64,000 nucleotides of DNA, taken from the IMG/VR virus record IMGVR_UViG_3300028274_000006, positions 10,773-74,772 of that record; one strand, given 5' to 3'. Positions 28,245 through 38,780 of the stretch are shown piece by piece (the first letter of the stretch is position 1; every line of letters starts with the position of its first letter). The notes under the pieces are model-generated. The model did no database searches. It was not told the DNA's origin and was given only the letters and a program-made list of their open reading frames with translations. Position numbers and translations under genes: made by a program. This DNA is from a virus.

Positions 28245-28429
28245 TGTTAAAACTTAAAGATGAGATGACACTGGAAGAGGTAGCAGATGCACTGAGAGTC
28301 CACTACTCCTCAGTATATAGATGGATAAGAAGCTATGACCTCAAGGGAGAGAGAAGAAACGTAGCAGGAGTTAATAAGTGGATGGTTACTAGAGAACAAG
28401 TATTAAATTACCTGAAAGGGTTACAATGA
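28244..28429 (+). CDS. HTH_17/excisionase-like DNA-binding protein
   Basis: MTLEEVADALRVHYSSVYRWIRSYDLKG...W. Confidence 0.8.
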   Translation: MLKLKDEMTLEEVADALRVHYSSVYRWIRSYDLKGERRNVAGVNKWMVTREQVLNYLKGLQ

Positions 28430-28698
28430 AGAAAAGGAAAGCTCAACTTCAGACCATCATAATGTTGGTCATGTTCTTATTAATATTAATTGGAATCGCC
28501 ACCGAAGCGGTGACACTCCTACAAACACTACCAATTCTAATTGCCATTTTCCTCGGAAAGATGACTCAATTAAAGAAAATGGACAGTATCTACGTGATAT
28601 CTTTGTCTGTAGTGATGTTATTAGTAAACACTGTGGTGTTTTCTTTTGCTGACATCGTTTTATGGGCAGCACTAGGATACTCATTTTGGAGGAAATAA
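28426..28698 (+). CDS. Small multi-pass membrane protein
   Basis: Three to four hydrophobic segments. Confidence 0.65.
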   Translation: MKKRKAQLQTIIMLVMFLLILIGIATEAVTLLQTLPILIAIFLGKMTQLKKMDSIYVISLSVVMLLVNTVVFSFADIVLWAALGYSFWRK

Positions 28699-28856
28699 TA
28701 TGTTCAAATGGTTAAAGAAACTATTCTCAATCAAATATGTCTGTCCAGTATGTGAGGACACCTTTGAAACCAGTAGGGGTAGAGATATCCATATCGGCAA
28801 CAAGAAGGAAGATATGCACATAATGTACAAGCACAACAAGTTGATTAGGGAAATGA

Positions 28857-29318
28857 ATGGCTAAGTACACTAAGAAATCTCAGACAAAAAAGAAGGTGAG
28901 GACTCATAGGATTTGCTCAGGATGCAATCGCAAGAGACTGATTAAGTTCTATGAGAAACCCACCTCTCTAAAGTGTGATGAGTGCAAACGTAAGGCTAAG
29001 AGAGTTAAGAAGCAGAGTAGCCCAGGCAGAGTAAGACAGCAAATGGACAAGACACTAAGAGAGATTATAGTTAAGAGAGACAAAAGTACTTGCCAATGGT
29101 GTATGAAGAAGCTAGAGGGAAGAAATTGTCATATGTCTCACGTCTATAGCAAGGGAGCACACCCAGAACTAAGACACGATCACTTCAATGTTAAGATTCT
29201 CTGCTATCGCTGTCATATAAAGAAGTGGCACAAAGACCCGATAATAGCCCTAGAGTGGTTTAAGGGTAAATTTCCAGACAGATACTTATATCTAACAAGA
29301 AGAATAAAGAATCAATGA
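28857..29318 (+). CDS. HNH/NinG-like nuclease
   Basis: RDKSTCQWC, H...H..LR...N..LCYRCH. Confidence 0.75.
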   Translation: MAKYTKKSQTKKKVRTHRICSGCNRKRLIKFYEKPTSLKCDECKRKAKRVKKQSSPGRVRQQMDKTLREIIVKRDKSTCQWCMKKLEGRNCHMSHVYSKGAHPELRHDHFNVKILCYRCHIKKWHKDPIIALEWFKGKFPDRYLYLTRRIKNQ

Positions 29319-29659
29319 ACATAGCTAAAGAACTATTCTCTATCAGTACAGAGGCGGTAAAAGGGAACACAGACCCACATAGAGCAGTAGAGTTACTTCA
29401 GAAACTATCAGCGTTAATAGGTATGGCAACAGATGAATGGATAGAAGCGGAGATGGGCTACAATAGGCTATACAAGGGCTTAACCAATGATTATGAGAAG
29501 ATCTCAGAGGCTAGAGCAAACGCAAAAGCAACAGAAGAATATAAACAGAAACTATTAAAAGAATCACAAATAGACAGCATTAACAGACTAATAGACTCAA
29601 TGAAGTACTTAATAAAACTAAAGATGAACGAGTATCAGGGTAGTAGGTATCAGACTTAA
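29315..29659 (+). CDS. Hypothetical helical protein
   Basis: Coupled ORF, coiled-coil composition. Confidence 0.65.
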   Translation: MNIAKELFSISTEAVKGNTDPHRAVELLQKLSALIGMATDEWIEAEMGYNRLYKGLTNDYEKISEARANAKATEEYKQKLLKESQIDSINRLIDSMKYLIKLKMNEYQGSRYQT

Positions 29660-29954
29660 AGGAGCATAATGGGAGAAATGATTAAATGGCTAATAATAGC
29701 TCTACTAACTTCAATAGCTATACTATGGCTTGATGCTATGTTAAGAGGAGGGGTAACTCCCTGGTAAAAGAAAGATAAATAACATTATGAAAGAAGCTAT
29801 TACTAACCAAACGGAGGAGGAGTAGATGATTTTTAACTTTTTAACAGAAACGGCATTTAGTTTACTAATGTTGGTAGGAGTTCTATTATTAATCTATTTT
29901 ATTATATTAACTATTTTGATGATTAAAGATTTGTTTAACTAAAAGGAGGGTGAG

Positions 29955-30143
29955 ATGAAAGATAAAATAAGAGCCTATTTTCAATCTTTTCAAGATACAA
30001 CAATAACTTGGGGTAAAGGTAATGATAATAAAGTTAGTAACTCAGCTGTAGCGATTGGACTAATATTTTTTCCAATATCAATAGCGGGTTGGGTAATAAG
30101 TATGATTTTAAGCCTTATTGCGAGGTGGCTTGAGAAAGACTAA
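29955..30143 (+). CDS. Small membrane protein
   Basis: AGGAGG RBS and hydrophobic C-terminal half. Confidence 0.55.
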   Translation: MKDKIRAYFQSFQDTTITWGKGNDNKVSNSAVAIGLIFFPISIAGWVISMILSLIARWLEKD

Positions 30144-30178
30144 AAGGAATCTATGAGTAATGAGTATAAGGGGGAAGA

Positions 30179-30370
30179 ATGACATCAGCAGAAACTATAA
30201 ACAAAGAATACGCTAGACTAGAAGAAGAACTAGGAGAAAATAACCCTGAGATAATCTCAGCATTAGTGGAAGTGTATGGAGCTGAATCAGTTAGTCAGTG
30301 GATGATGAGTAAGTCAGCAGGACTACTAGATAAGCCAAATAAACAAGAATACGGACTTAGTTGGGATTAA
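30179..30370 (+). CDS. Hypothetical protein
   Basis: ORF with RBS. Confidence 0.55.
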   Translation: MTSAETINKEYARLEEELGENNPEIISALVEVYGAESVSQWMMSKSAGLLDKPNKQEYGLSWD

Positions 30371-30659
30371 TGATTTATCTAATTATATTAGGAGCAATAC
30401 TATGCTACCTAGCTGAGAGGAAGAAGTGAAACTGAAAAAACTTAACCCTAAACAAGTTAGACAAGGATACGATAAAGGATATGTAGACGGATACAATGCA
30501 GCAATAGACGATCTAGATGAAGAAAGATTACCAAGAGAATTACCTCAAGTAGATCCACTCCCCCGCCCCTCTTTAGACCTAAAAGAGAGTAGAGGATAGG
30601 TAAAAACGCAAGAATAATAAGGGAATCATGCAAGAATAAAGTATGGTATATTAAGAAGT

Positions 30660-30914
30660 ATGACGGATAAGAAAACCCCAGCAGAGAAAAAGAAGGGGGA
30701 GCAGCTATCTAATATGTCTATTAGAGAAGCACTAAGACCCCACGCTATTAGAGCAGTTGAAAGATTGGTTGAATTAATGGAATCAACTAATGACAACGTA
30801 GCTCTAGGAGCATCTAAAGAAGTAATCGGCAGATTTATCCCCACACTCAAATCAACGGAAATAACAGGTAAAGACGGAGAGAAAATTCCCTTTACCATTA
30901 TCCTCAAAAAATGA
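30660..30914 (+). CDS. Putative terminase small subunit
   Basis: Overlaps the TerL start; C-terminal EITGKDGEKI pattern. Confidence 0.65.
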   Translation: MTDKKTPAEKKKGEQLSNMSIREALRPHAIRAVERLVELMESTNDNVALGASKEVIGRFIPTLKSTEITGKDGEKIPFTIILKK

Positions 30915-32155
30915 ATGAAGCAGAACTATCCACATGGCAGGATGAAGTATGGAAAGACGATCACCGCTACAAGGTAATTAACTGTGGTAGGCGGGCTGGC
31001 AAGAGTTTTCTTACAGCAGCAAAGATGGTGGACTACTGCTCTAACAATGACAACTCAATCGTATGGTACATAGCTCCAAACTATAGACAAGCCAAACAAA
31101 TCATGTGGCAGATGGTAGTAGATTTTATCCCCGAATGGTGTGTTAAGAAGAAAAATGAGACAGAGCTAATCATCTGGTTTACTAATGGATCTAAACTATT
31201 ATTAAAAGGTGCAGAGAATCCAGACTCACTAAGAGGTGTACGCATTGATCTAGCAGTATTTGATGAAGTTGCCTTTATCAGCAAGTGGGATGAGGTATGG
31301 AAAGTAATAAGACCTACGCTAATGGATAGCAAGGCAGACGTTTGGTTTATCTCAACACCCAATGGATTTAATCATTTTAAGAGATTATATGAGAAGGTAG
31401 ACGACGACTGGGCATCTTTCCACTTCACTACCTACGACAACCCCCACATCCCCAGAGAAGAAATAGAATCATCTAAAGAAGAGATGGATGACGACTCATT
31501 TGCTCAAGAGATCATGGGTGAGTTTAAGAAGATGAGCGGGCTTGTTTATAAAGACTTCAGACGTATCACTCACATGGTACAGATTCCTGATTTAGAGGGA
31601 TTCACCTTCACTAGAGCTATTGACTTCGGGTTTAACCACAAGACCGCATTGGGGTACTTTGCCATCAATTCCACAGGTACAGAGATATATATGTACGATG
31701 GCATCTATGAGTCTGGGCTAACAATGAAAGATATTGCTTCGGCAGTTAAGATTAAAGACGCAGGCAAGATAATCAACAACCCTATTGCCGACTCAGCACA
31801 ACCACTCTACTTAGAAGAGCTTTCACGTGAAAACGTACACTTCAATCCAGTAGTTAAGGGACCAGACAGCGTTCAGGCTGGTATTACTAAATTAGCTGAA
31901 CTCCTAAAGATAAGACAGGATACTGGTAAGCCAACACTGATGTTTAACAAGAACCTACCTTGGATAGCTGATGAAATGGAGAAGTACCGATGGATGGAAA
32001 ACAAGACACAAGGCATTATTAAGAATACCCCTCTCAAGAGAGAAGATGATGCAGTAGATATGTGCAGATATTTTGCTATGAATTATATGGGTGGAGAGAA
32101 AAGAGAGTACAGACAACCTAGCCGACCACGCTTGACATACGGCAGGCGTAGGTGA
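30911..32155 (+). CDS. terL: Terminase large subunit
   Basis: GRRAGKS Walker A, LRG...AVFDE Walker B, STPNG, IDFG and DDAVD nuclease motifs. Confidence 0.95.
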   Translation: MNEAELSTWQDEVWKDDHRYKVINCGRRAGKSFLTAAKMVDYCSNNDNSIVWYIAPNYRQAKQIMWQMVVDFIPEWCVKKKNETELIIWFTNGSKLLLKGAENPDSLRGVRIDLAVFDEVAFISKWDEVWKVIRPTLMDSKADVWFISTPNGFNHFKRLYEKVDDDWASFHFTTYDNPHIPREEIESSKEEMDDDSFAQEIMGEFKKMSGLVYKDFRRITHMVQIPDLEGFTFTRAIDFGFNHKTALGYFAINSTGTEIYMYDGIYESGLTMKDIASAVKIKDAGKIINNPIADSAQPLYLEELSRENVHFNPVVKGPDSVQAGITKLAELLKIRQDTGKPTLMFNKNLPWIADEMEKYRWMENKTQGIIKNTPLKREDDAVDMCRYFAMNYMGGEKREYRQPSRPRLTYGRRR

Positions 32156-32197
32156 TATTTTAATATAAACAGCGGAGCCGTCACCCAAAGAGGTGAT
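32132..32197 (+). promoter_or_regulatory. Promoter and RBS hairpin for the portal operon
   Basis: TTGACA-N18-TATTTT; gtcacc/ggtgat hairpin covers the GAGGTG SD. Confidence 0.5.
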
Positions 32198-33934
32198 ATG
32201 GCAAACAAAACCAAAGCAAAGTCCAACGAGACTTTAGCACAAGACATAGTAAATAAATTCAATCATTCCCTGACATGGCGAAACCCCTTCAAAGAGAAGT
32301 GGGATCGTTTTTATAAAATGTACCGATCATACTTAGATGACACGGCTTATCCTTGGCAATCTAACGTATGGGTACCTTACTCATTTTCAACAATAGAAAC
32401 TCTAGCTCCAAGAATGGTAGCCCGCAGACCACAAATAGATGTGATGCCTCGTGAAGCTGCTGATGAGGAGTACGCAGATATTCAATCTAAGTTGATTGAT
32501 TTTGAATGGGAAGCGATGAAGGCTGACGACATCATTGAAGATGCCGTTAAGTCTCAATTAATGTATGGAACCGCAATACTTAAAATGTTTTGGAAAACAG
32601 AGAAGGCTGATGTAGTAAAGAAGGAACAAGTAGACGAAACCTTCCCTGAGCTTGGAACTGTAGAGGAAGAAGTAGAGACAACCATCTTTGATGGTCCTAC
32701 TATGGAATTGGTAGATCTATACGACTTCTTCTGGGATCCAAGGGCTATTGATATGGAATCAGCTCGTTGGGTAGCTCATAGAATGTACCGAACATTTGAA
32801 CACTTAGAGCAATTACAAAAAGAAGGAGTTTACAAGAACGTCAAGCTCTTAGAAGAAGCAACCATGTTAAGTGCAGATGATGAGAAGTCTGCAAGGCGTG
32901 GAACTCTGGGAGTTGCTATGCCAGATGAACTAGATCAAAAAAATGAAGGTAAGAGGATGATTGAGTTGATTGAGTACTGGGAGGATGACAGAGTAGTCAC
33001 AGTTGCCAATAGAAATATTGTCATTCGTGATGAAGCCAATCCATACAGACATGGAAAGAAGCCATTTGTGAGATTAATAGACCAATCAGTGCCTCACGAG
33101 TTCCTTGGAATTGGAGAGCTAGAACCTATTGAAACACTACAGTATGAGCTTAATGACCGACGTAATCAGAGAATGGATAACGTAACCTTAGTCCTAAACA
33201 GGATGTGGAAGGTTAAAAATGGTGCAAACGTAGATGAGGATGAGTTAGTATCTGACGCAGGTGGAGTAGTACACACTGATGATATGAACGGTATTGAAGA
33301 CCTTAGCATGCCTGATGTTACCTCATCTAGTTATAACGAAGAGACATTAATTAAAGGTGACATCCAACAAACCACAGGAGTCTCTGACTTCACTCGTGGA
33401 ATTGGTTCCGAGTCACTAGGTAATGATACCGCTACAGGCATCTCACTTATTCAAGAGGCTGGTAACGCTAGGTTTAGATTAAAGATCCGTAACTTAGAGT
33501 CTGCCATTGAAGAGATGGGAAGAATGATGGTGTCTCTTAACGAACAGTTCTTATCGGAAGAGAAGGTAATCCGCATCATGGGAGACGATGGTCTTGAATG
33601 GGTAGCTGTCAGACCAGATGACATGAGAGGAAACTTTGATGTAATGGTACAAAGTGGCTCCACTTTACCTAGTAATGAAGCTGTAGAACGCAAACAAATA
33701 ATGGAGATGTTCCAGATATTTGCAGGTGACCCAGAAGTTAATCAACGAGAGCTTAAAAAGAGGGTGTTAGAAACCTTTGGAGTTAAGAATCTTGATAAAC
33801 TTTTAACACCTGTAGCTGGAGTAGGACCAGAAGGACTACCTTTTCCAAATGAGCCTCAAGCTGGTGCTCCAGCCCCAGGACAATTAGATCAACAAGGGAT
33901 ATTACAAAGTGCATTAGCTCCTGAGAGGGTTTAA
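32198..33934 (+). CDS. Portal protein (podovirus type)
   Basis: Follows TerL; FFWDP, GIGE, TATGISL motifs; low-complexity C-terminus. Confidence 0.9.
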   Translation: MANKTKAKSNETLAQDIVNKFNHSLTWRNPFKEKWDRFYKMYRSYLDDTAYPWQSNVWVPYSFSTIETLAPRMVARRPQIDVMPREAADEEYADIQSKLIDFEWEAMKADDIIEDAVKSQLMYGTAILKMFWKTEKADVVKKEQVDETFPELGTVEEEVETTIFDGPTMELVDLYDFFWDPRAIDMESARWVAHRMYRTFEHLEQLQKEGVYKNVKLLEEATMLSADDEKSARRGTLGVAMPDELDQKNEGKRMIELIEYWEDDRVVTVANRNIVIRDEANPYRHGKKPFVRLIDQSVPHEFLGIGELEPIETLQYELNDRRNQRMDNVTLVLNRMWKVKNGANVDEDELVSDAGGVVHTDDMNGIEDLSMPDVTSSSYNEETLIKGDIQQTTGVSDFTRGIGSESLGNDTATGISLIQEAGNARFRLKIRNLESAIEEMGRMMVSLNEQFLSEEKVIRIMGDDGLEWVAVRPDDMRGNFDVMVQSGSTLPSNEAVERKQIMEMFQIFAGDPEVNQRELKKRVLETFGVKNLDKLLTPVAGVGPEGLPFPNEPQAGAPAPGQLDQQGILQSALAPERV

Positions 33935-34206
33935 TGAAGACAAAACAAGAAGTTCGTGAGGGCAAGACCCGCATGATAAATCAAGGCAAATTAATTGCCG
34001 AACTAAAAGAACACAAAGGCTATGAGCTCCTAGAGAGCAGATTAGTTAAACTTTGTGAGGATGCTAAGGAAAGTATCTTAGCTTCTGAGTCCTTTGAGGA
34101 CTTCCGCTATAGACGGGGGTACTTAGACGGACTTAATGCTCTTATGCAGGAGACTGACACGATCATCTCCAAAGGCAAGAAACAAGAGCAGCTAATTAAC
34201 AAGTAA
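33934..34206 (+). CDS. Small helical protein between portal and scaffold (Bbp19-like position)
   Basis: HKGY...YRRGYLDGL pattern and synteny. Confidence 0.6.
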   Translation: MKTKQEVREGKTRMINQGKLIAELKEHKGYELLESRLVKLCEDAKESILASESFEDFRYRRGYLDGLNALMQETDTIISKGKKQEQLINK

Positions 34207-34209
34207 ATA

Positions 34210-34312
34210 GTTGTAGGTTACACGCAGCAAAGCAGCTCTCTTTCATTATTGACTGTTCCGTCTGTTCTTATTAAACCGCAAAGCAGTTGCTTTGTTGCCT
34301 GTAGCTTACAAC
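34210..34312 (+). promoter_or_regulatory. Long imperfect hairpin upstream of scaffold (RNase III-like site)
   Basis: ~27-bp stem with G-U pairs; its 3' arm is also present at 1-28. Confidence 0.6.
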
Positions 34313-34327
34313 AGTTAAAGGAGATCT

Positions 34328-35113
34328 ATGTCAGATCCAAAAACCGACGCAGCCTCCAGCAACGTACCAGGTGCAGATGAGCAAACCTCAAATACACCTG
34401 AGTTACTGAAACTGGAACAAGCTATTGAAGCTGAGGCTGGAACGGCAGAGTCACCCGAAACTTCTTCCAAAGAGAACCAGGAAACTGATGCCCCTTACGG
34501 AAAAGCATTTCAGGACTTGGCTGAGAAGAAAGGATTCAAAGATGTTGATGATTTGGTGAAAGCCTATCAAAACGCTGAGAGTTCTTCTACTCGTATATCA
34601 CAGGAGATTAAGGACCTCCGCACAGAGATAAAGCAGTCAAATGCTCCTCAAGCGGATGATCCATACAGCGACTTACCGCCAGAGCAAAAGCAAGCCCTTG
34701 AACTCTTGCGTAGCGTTGTACAAGACGAGATTGGTAAATCCATCTCGCCATTAAAGGAAGATTTTGAAGTCAAGCAGGCTTCTTTGAAACTACAGGAGGT
34801 CAGAGATGCCTTCCCAGGTGTTTCAGATTACCAGCTTGATGAAGCCATAACTCAAACAGAGAAAGTTCCAGGCTTAACCCTAGAACAGGCTGTCAAAATC
34901 ATAACCTATGATGATGCTCGTAGTGACGGAACTACTCAAAGGAAGAGAGCTGCAAAGACTCAGCAGAAGAAAAGGGCATACGTTGAGTCTGGTAAAACAT
35001 CTAAGACCGGTGGAGACCTTGATTACTCAAAACTCTCATTGGAAGAGCTAGAGAAGATTCTCCCCGCATCGGGTCAATTTATTGATTCGGGTGGTGTTTT
35101 ACGAAACAAGTAA
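34328..35113 (+). CDS. Capsid scaffolding protein (copy B)
   Basis: Paralog of 44-829, same length. Confidence 0.75.
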   Translation: MSDPKTDAASSNVPGADEQTSNTPELLKLEQAIEAEAGTAESPETSSKENQETDAPYGKAFQDLAEKKGFKDVDDLVKAYQNAESSSTRISQEIKDLRTEIKQSNAPQADDPYSDLPPEQKQALELLRSVVQDEIGKSISPLKEDFEVKQASLKLQEVRDAFPGVSDYQLDEAITQTEKVPGLTLEQAVKIITYDDARSDGTTQRKRAAKTQQKKRAYVESGKTSKTGGDLDYSKLSLEELEKILPASGQFIDSGGVLRNK

Positions 35114-35138
35114 TAACTAATACCATAGGAGAAAAAAC

Positions 35139-36059
35139 ATGGCATTAACAACCAGTGGTACACTCTCCAGTGTGGTGGCTGCTTATTACGACAAACGCTT
35201 CCTCATGCGAGCTGAAGCCGAATTCGTATTTAAGCAACTAGGTAGGATCGGTGTCGTTCCTGCAAACGAAGGTAAAACTGTCGTTTGGAATAGATACACG
35301 AACCCTAGTGCAAAAACCGCACTGACAGAAGGTACTGACCCAACCCCTAGCGGACTATCCGCTACTTTAGTAAGTGCTACCGTTTCCCAATACGGAAACT
35401 TTGAGCAAATCACTGACTATTTGAGCTTAACCTCAATAGACAACAGTGTAGCCTCAGCAGTTGATTTATTGGCTTACGAAGCCGCACTCTCCATTGACTC
35501 TGCTATTTTGGCAGTAGTTGATGGTGGAACCAGCATCATTTATGCGTCAGGTGTTGCTAATAGAACCTCTATTAGTGCAACTGATATCATGCAAGTTGCT
35601 GATGTTCGTAAAACTGTGCGTGAGCTAAAGAGCAATAACGCTAAACCCCAGAAGAAATCTGGAACCTTTATGGCTGTAATCCACCCCGATGTGGAATATG
35701 ACCTACAAGGTGACAGCAACTGGACAAATGCTCATCTTTATACCGATTCCGGTCTTAAAGGTGGTATTTATAATGGCGAGGTCGGTAAACTTTACGGTGT
35801 TCGTTTCTTAACGACCACTCAAGCTCCAATTCTGATTAACTCAGGTTCTTCAGACGGAGTTGAAGTCTATCAATCTATGTTCTTCGGTGAAGAAGCATTT
35901 GGAGTTTCCGAACTTCAAAGCCTGACCACTTATGTGGACAGCCCTTCACCCCGAAGCGCATTACGCTTATACAGTGATGTCGGCTGGAAAGCTGGCTTCT
36001 GTGCAAAGATTCTCAATGAGAATTTCATGTACACTGTAGAATCCGCAGCAACTCAATAA
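35139..36059 (+). CDS. Major capsid protein, N4-gp56 family-like (copy B)
   Basis: Close paralog of 851-1771. Confidence 0.9.
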   Translation: MALTTSGTLSSVVAAYYDKRFLMRAEAEFVFKQLGRIGVVPANEGKTVVWNRYTNPSAKTALTEGTDPTPSGLSATLVSATVSQYGNFEQITDYLSLTSIDNSVASAVDLLAYEAALSIDSAILAVVDGGTSIIYASGVANRTSISATDIMQVADVRKTVRELKSNNAKPQKKSGTFMAVIHPDVEYDLQGDSNWTNAHLYTDSGLKGGIYNGEVGKLYGVRFLTTTQAPILINSGSSDGVEVYQSMFFGEEAFGVSELQSLTTYVDSPSPRSALRLYSDVGWKAGFCAKILNENFMYTVESAATQ

Positions 36060-36078
36060 GTTGTAGCAATTTCCAATT

Positions 36079-36100
36079 AGGCTCCTTCGGGAGCCTTTTT
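36079..36100 (+). terminator. Rho-independent terminator
   Basis: UUCG hairpin plus T-run. Confidence 0.9.
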
Positions 36101-36145
36101 GGTTTGTGCTATAATGTGGTTATATAAGAAAAAAGGAGCAGTCTT

Positions 36146-36418
36146 ATGATTATCCCCACAAACGAAAACGTGTTGGTCAAAGCTATTAAAAGAGAGAAGA
36201 TTAAAACTGATTCTGGTATCTATCTTTCAGGAGGAACAAGCCAGCAAGAAGAATCCTTGCGTTATGGGGAGATCTTTCATCCAGGTGATACTGAATACTC
36301 TAAAGAAGATAAGATTTTCTATTCAGCCTACAGTGCTGTGTGGGTAAATGATGATGACGGTACAGAGTATCAATTACTAAGCCATCACGACATAATGGCA
36401 AAAGATGAACCTAAATAA
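36146..36418 (+). CDS. groES: GroES-like co-chaperonin (copy B)
   Basis: Close paralog of 1850-2128. Confidence 0.8.
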   Translation: MIIPTNENVLVKAIKREKIKTDSGIYLSGGTSQQEESLRYGEIFHPGDTEYSKEDKIFYSAYSAVWVNDDDGTEYQLLSHHDIMAKDEPK

Positions 36419-36701
36419 GTTGGAACGCCTGCTAAAACAAACAAACCCTCGTTATAGAATTAGACAGCGTGGGTTTAATCATGTCGCTGGAATCTTCCTT
36501 GGAAATGAGTTTATGCTCACTGTCACTAAGGGACACATCCCCCTCAATTCATATAGAATGGTAGCTCAAACAAATGACAGGCTTAAAGAGAGAATCATTA
36601 AGCGTGGTCGTGCTGATGCTTTAAGAATCCTCAATCGTCGTCGTAAGTTAGGAAGAAAAGAGTCTATAAAGATTAAATGGGGGAAGAATGCCAAAGATTA
36701 G
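36405..36701 (+). CDS. Basic hypothetical protein
   Basis: Paralog of 2109-2405. Confidence 0.75.
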   Translation: MNLNKLERLLKQTNPRYRIRQRGFNHVAGIFLGNEFMLTVTKGHIPLNSYRMVAQTNDRLKERIIKRGRADALRILNRRRKLGRKESIKIKWGKNAKD

Positions 36702-38094
36702 CTGTATTATATCAACCTATAACAGAGCAGATCATTTTTTGCCAAAGGCAATAGACTCAGTTTTGTCTCAGACGTTTAGCGACTGGGAATTGGTCATTGT
36801 AGACGACTCAAGCACAGACAATACCAAAAAAGTAGTAAACTCCTATCAAGACGACCGCATTAAATACCTCAAAACCGGCTCCAATTCTGGAAGTGATACT
36901 AAGCCTAAGAACATTGGTACTATAAAATCAACTGGGGAGTATATTTGCTACTTAGATGACGATGTGCAGTACCGACCCAACCACTTTGAGCTATTAAGTA
37001 AAGAGTTGGACAAAGGCGAGGTAGATATTGTGTATGGTGATATGTGGATTAAACCCAAAGAAGAACCAGGAATTGCTAGGGACTTTGATGCACAGTTCCT
37101 TATGCTTAGAAACTTCATAGACACTTCAGCAGCGATGATGAAACGTGAGTGTATGTTTGAGATTGGCGGTTGGGATGAGACTCTGCCAAAGTTTGTTGAT
37201 TGGAATGTTTGGGTGAGAATGCTTAAAGCAGGATTTAAGTTTAAGAGAATTCACGAGTTTACCTTTGACTACTATATTCACGAAGATACCAAATCTCAGA
37301 GGGTTAGGACTGAGATGTACCTACATCCAAAGCTAGGGATGTTGTTTGTTCCCACTTTTAGTCCAAGTGGATGCTATATACGGCTGCCCTATTTGAACAA
37401 AGACGACTCCGTTATTAGGGTAGCCATATTTACCATTCACTACAACAGATTGGATTACTCTAAGCAGTCTTACTTTGAGATGGAGGAAACAGCGGGGTAT
37501 AAGTTTGATTGGTTTTGTAGAGACAACGGAGATGATGGAACTATTAAATGGTTAAAAAATGAGACTAACGCTATCTTAGATGCTAAGAAGCCGACTAAGA
37601 ATCTAGGAATCACTAAATCCAGCAATAAGCTAATAGATCTCATACAAGCTACCGATGATTATGACATTATTATAAAAGTGGATAACGACGTTGAGTTCCA
37701 GACTTACGGATGGTTGAAGGATATTGTGGATATGTGGAAAAGAAACCACATGATCTATATTTCCCCCTACGTTGAGGGATTAAAAGATAACCCAGGTGGA
37801 GCTAGAAGAATAGGATTTGGGATGGTCGGAGATGAATACATAGAAGTAACCAATCACATCGGTGGTATCTTTGCTGCCATTGATGCTAGAGCTTACAACG
37901 AGTTCAGGTGGTCAGATGAAATGTTACATGGGAATCAAGACGCAGAGGCAAGTATGGCTTTTAGGAAATTAAACTATATGCCCTGCTACTACCCAAAACA
38001 CAGGATAACTCACCGAGACGGAACTGAGGGTCAGCACAAGAAGTACAAAGAATACTTTGAAAAGAGGAAAGATGAAAAGACAACAAAAGCTTGA
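36688..38094 (+). CDS. GT2 glycosyltransferase, two domains (copy B)
   Basis: Paralog of 2392-3801. Confidence 0.9.
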   Translation: MPKISCIISTYNRADHFLPKAIDSVLSQTFSDWELVIVDDSSTDNTKKVVNSYQDDRIKYLKTGSNSGSDTKPKNIGTIKSTGEYICYLDDDVQYRPNHFELLSKELDKGEVDIVYGDMWIKPKEEPGIARDFDAQFLMLRNFIDTSAAMMKRECMFEIGGWDETLPKFVDWNVWVRMLKAGFKFKRIHEFTFDYYIHEDTKSQRVRTEMYLHPKLGMLFVPTFSPSGCYIRLPYLNKDDSVIRVAIFTIHYNRLDYSKQSYFEMEETAGYKFDWFCRDNGDDGTIKWLKNETNAILDAKKPTKNLGITKSSNKLIDLIQATDDYDIIIKVDNDVEFQTYGWLKDIVDMWKRNHMIYISPYVEGLKDNPGGARRIGFGMVGDEYIEVTNHIGGIFAAIDARAYNEFRWSDEMLHGNQDAEASMAFRKLNYMPCYYPKHRITHRDGTEGQHKKYKEYFEKRKDEKTTKA

Positions 38095-38284
38095 TTACCT
38101 CAAAGGTTTTCACCCAGATGGAGAATTGGTTAAAGAAAAGTTTGACGATGGAAAAGAATATTTTAGATATAAAGCAGAAAAACTAAAGAAATGGGATCCC
38201 ATAGGAGCAGACGAAGATTGTTGTCTGGATGATGCGGTTCTATTTACTAAAACGTTCTTAAATGAAAAAACACAAAGAGGATAA
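38072..38284 (+). CDS. Hypothetical protein
   Basis: Fills the gap in the operon and overlaps both neighbours. Confidence 0.45.
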   Translation: MKRQQKLDYLKGFHPDGELVKEKFDDGKEYFRYKAEKLKKWDPIGADEDCCLDDAVLFTKTFLNEKTQRG

Positions 38285-38780
38285 ATATCAATCTAGATAT
38301 TTAGCTCACCAGCTAAAAAAGAAGGAAGTTCTTAAGAGGATTATAGAGGAGCGTCACTCCACCAGAGAGTTCTCAGGGGAAGAGATAGATATTGAAACCA
38401 TTGAGTCTATCTTAAATAGTATTGAACATTGCCCTTCTAGTTGTGATAGACAGGCTATTAGCATCACCTTAATAGAAGATAGAGACTATAAAGACTTATT
38501 AGGAGGACTATTAGTTGGTGGAACAGGATGGATACACAGAGCAGATAAGATTCTTTTAATATTTGCCAATGCCGATGCTTACAAAGAGAAGTTGGTATTT
38601 ATGCCCTTCTTAGATGCTGGGGTGGTTATCTATCACCTCTACTTAATGGCTGAATACTTTGACCTCAAGGCTTGCTACGTTAATCCGAATATAAGAATCC
38701 ACAACCTCGCTGAGTTTCAGATAATGTTCGGTGATGGGATCTTTTGTGGAGCTATGGCGTTAGGATATGAAAAGAAATAA
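38262..38780 (+). CDS. Nitroreductase-family flavoprotein
   Basis: RHSTREF, PSSCDRQ, DAG...LYLMA...L.AC and ALGY motifs. Confidence 0.85.
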   Translation: MKKHKEDKYQSRYLAHQLKKKEVLKRIIEERHSTREFSGEEIDIETIESILNSIEHCPSSCDRQAISITLIEDRDYKDLLGGLLVGGTGWIHRADKILLIFANADAYKEKLVFMPFLDAGVVIYHLYLMAEYFDLKACYVNPNIRIHNLAEFQIMFGDGIFCGAMALGYEKK

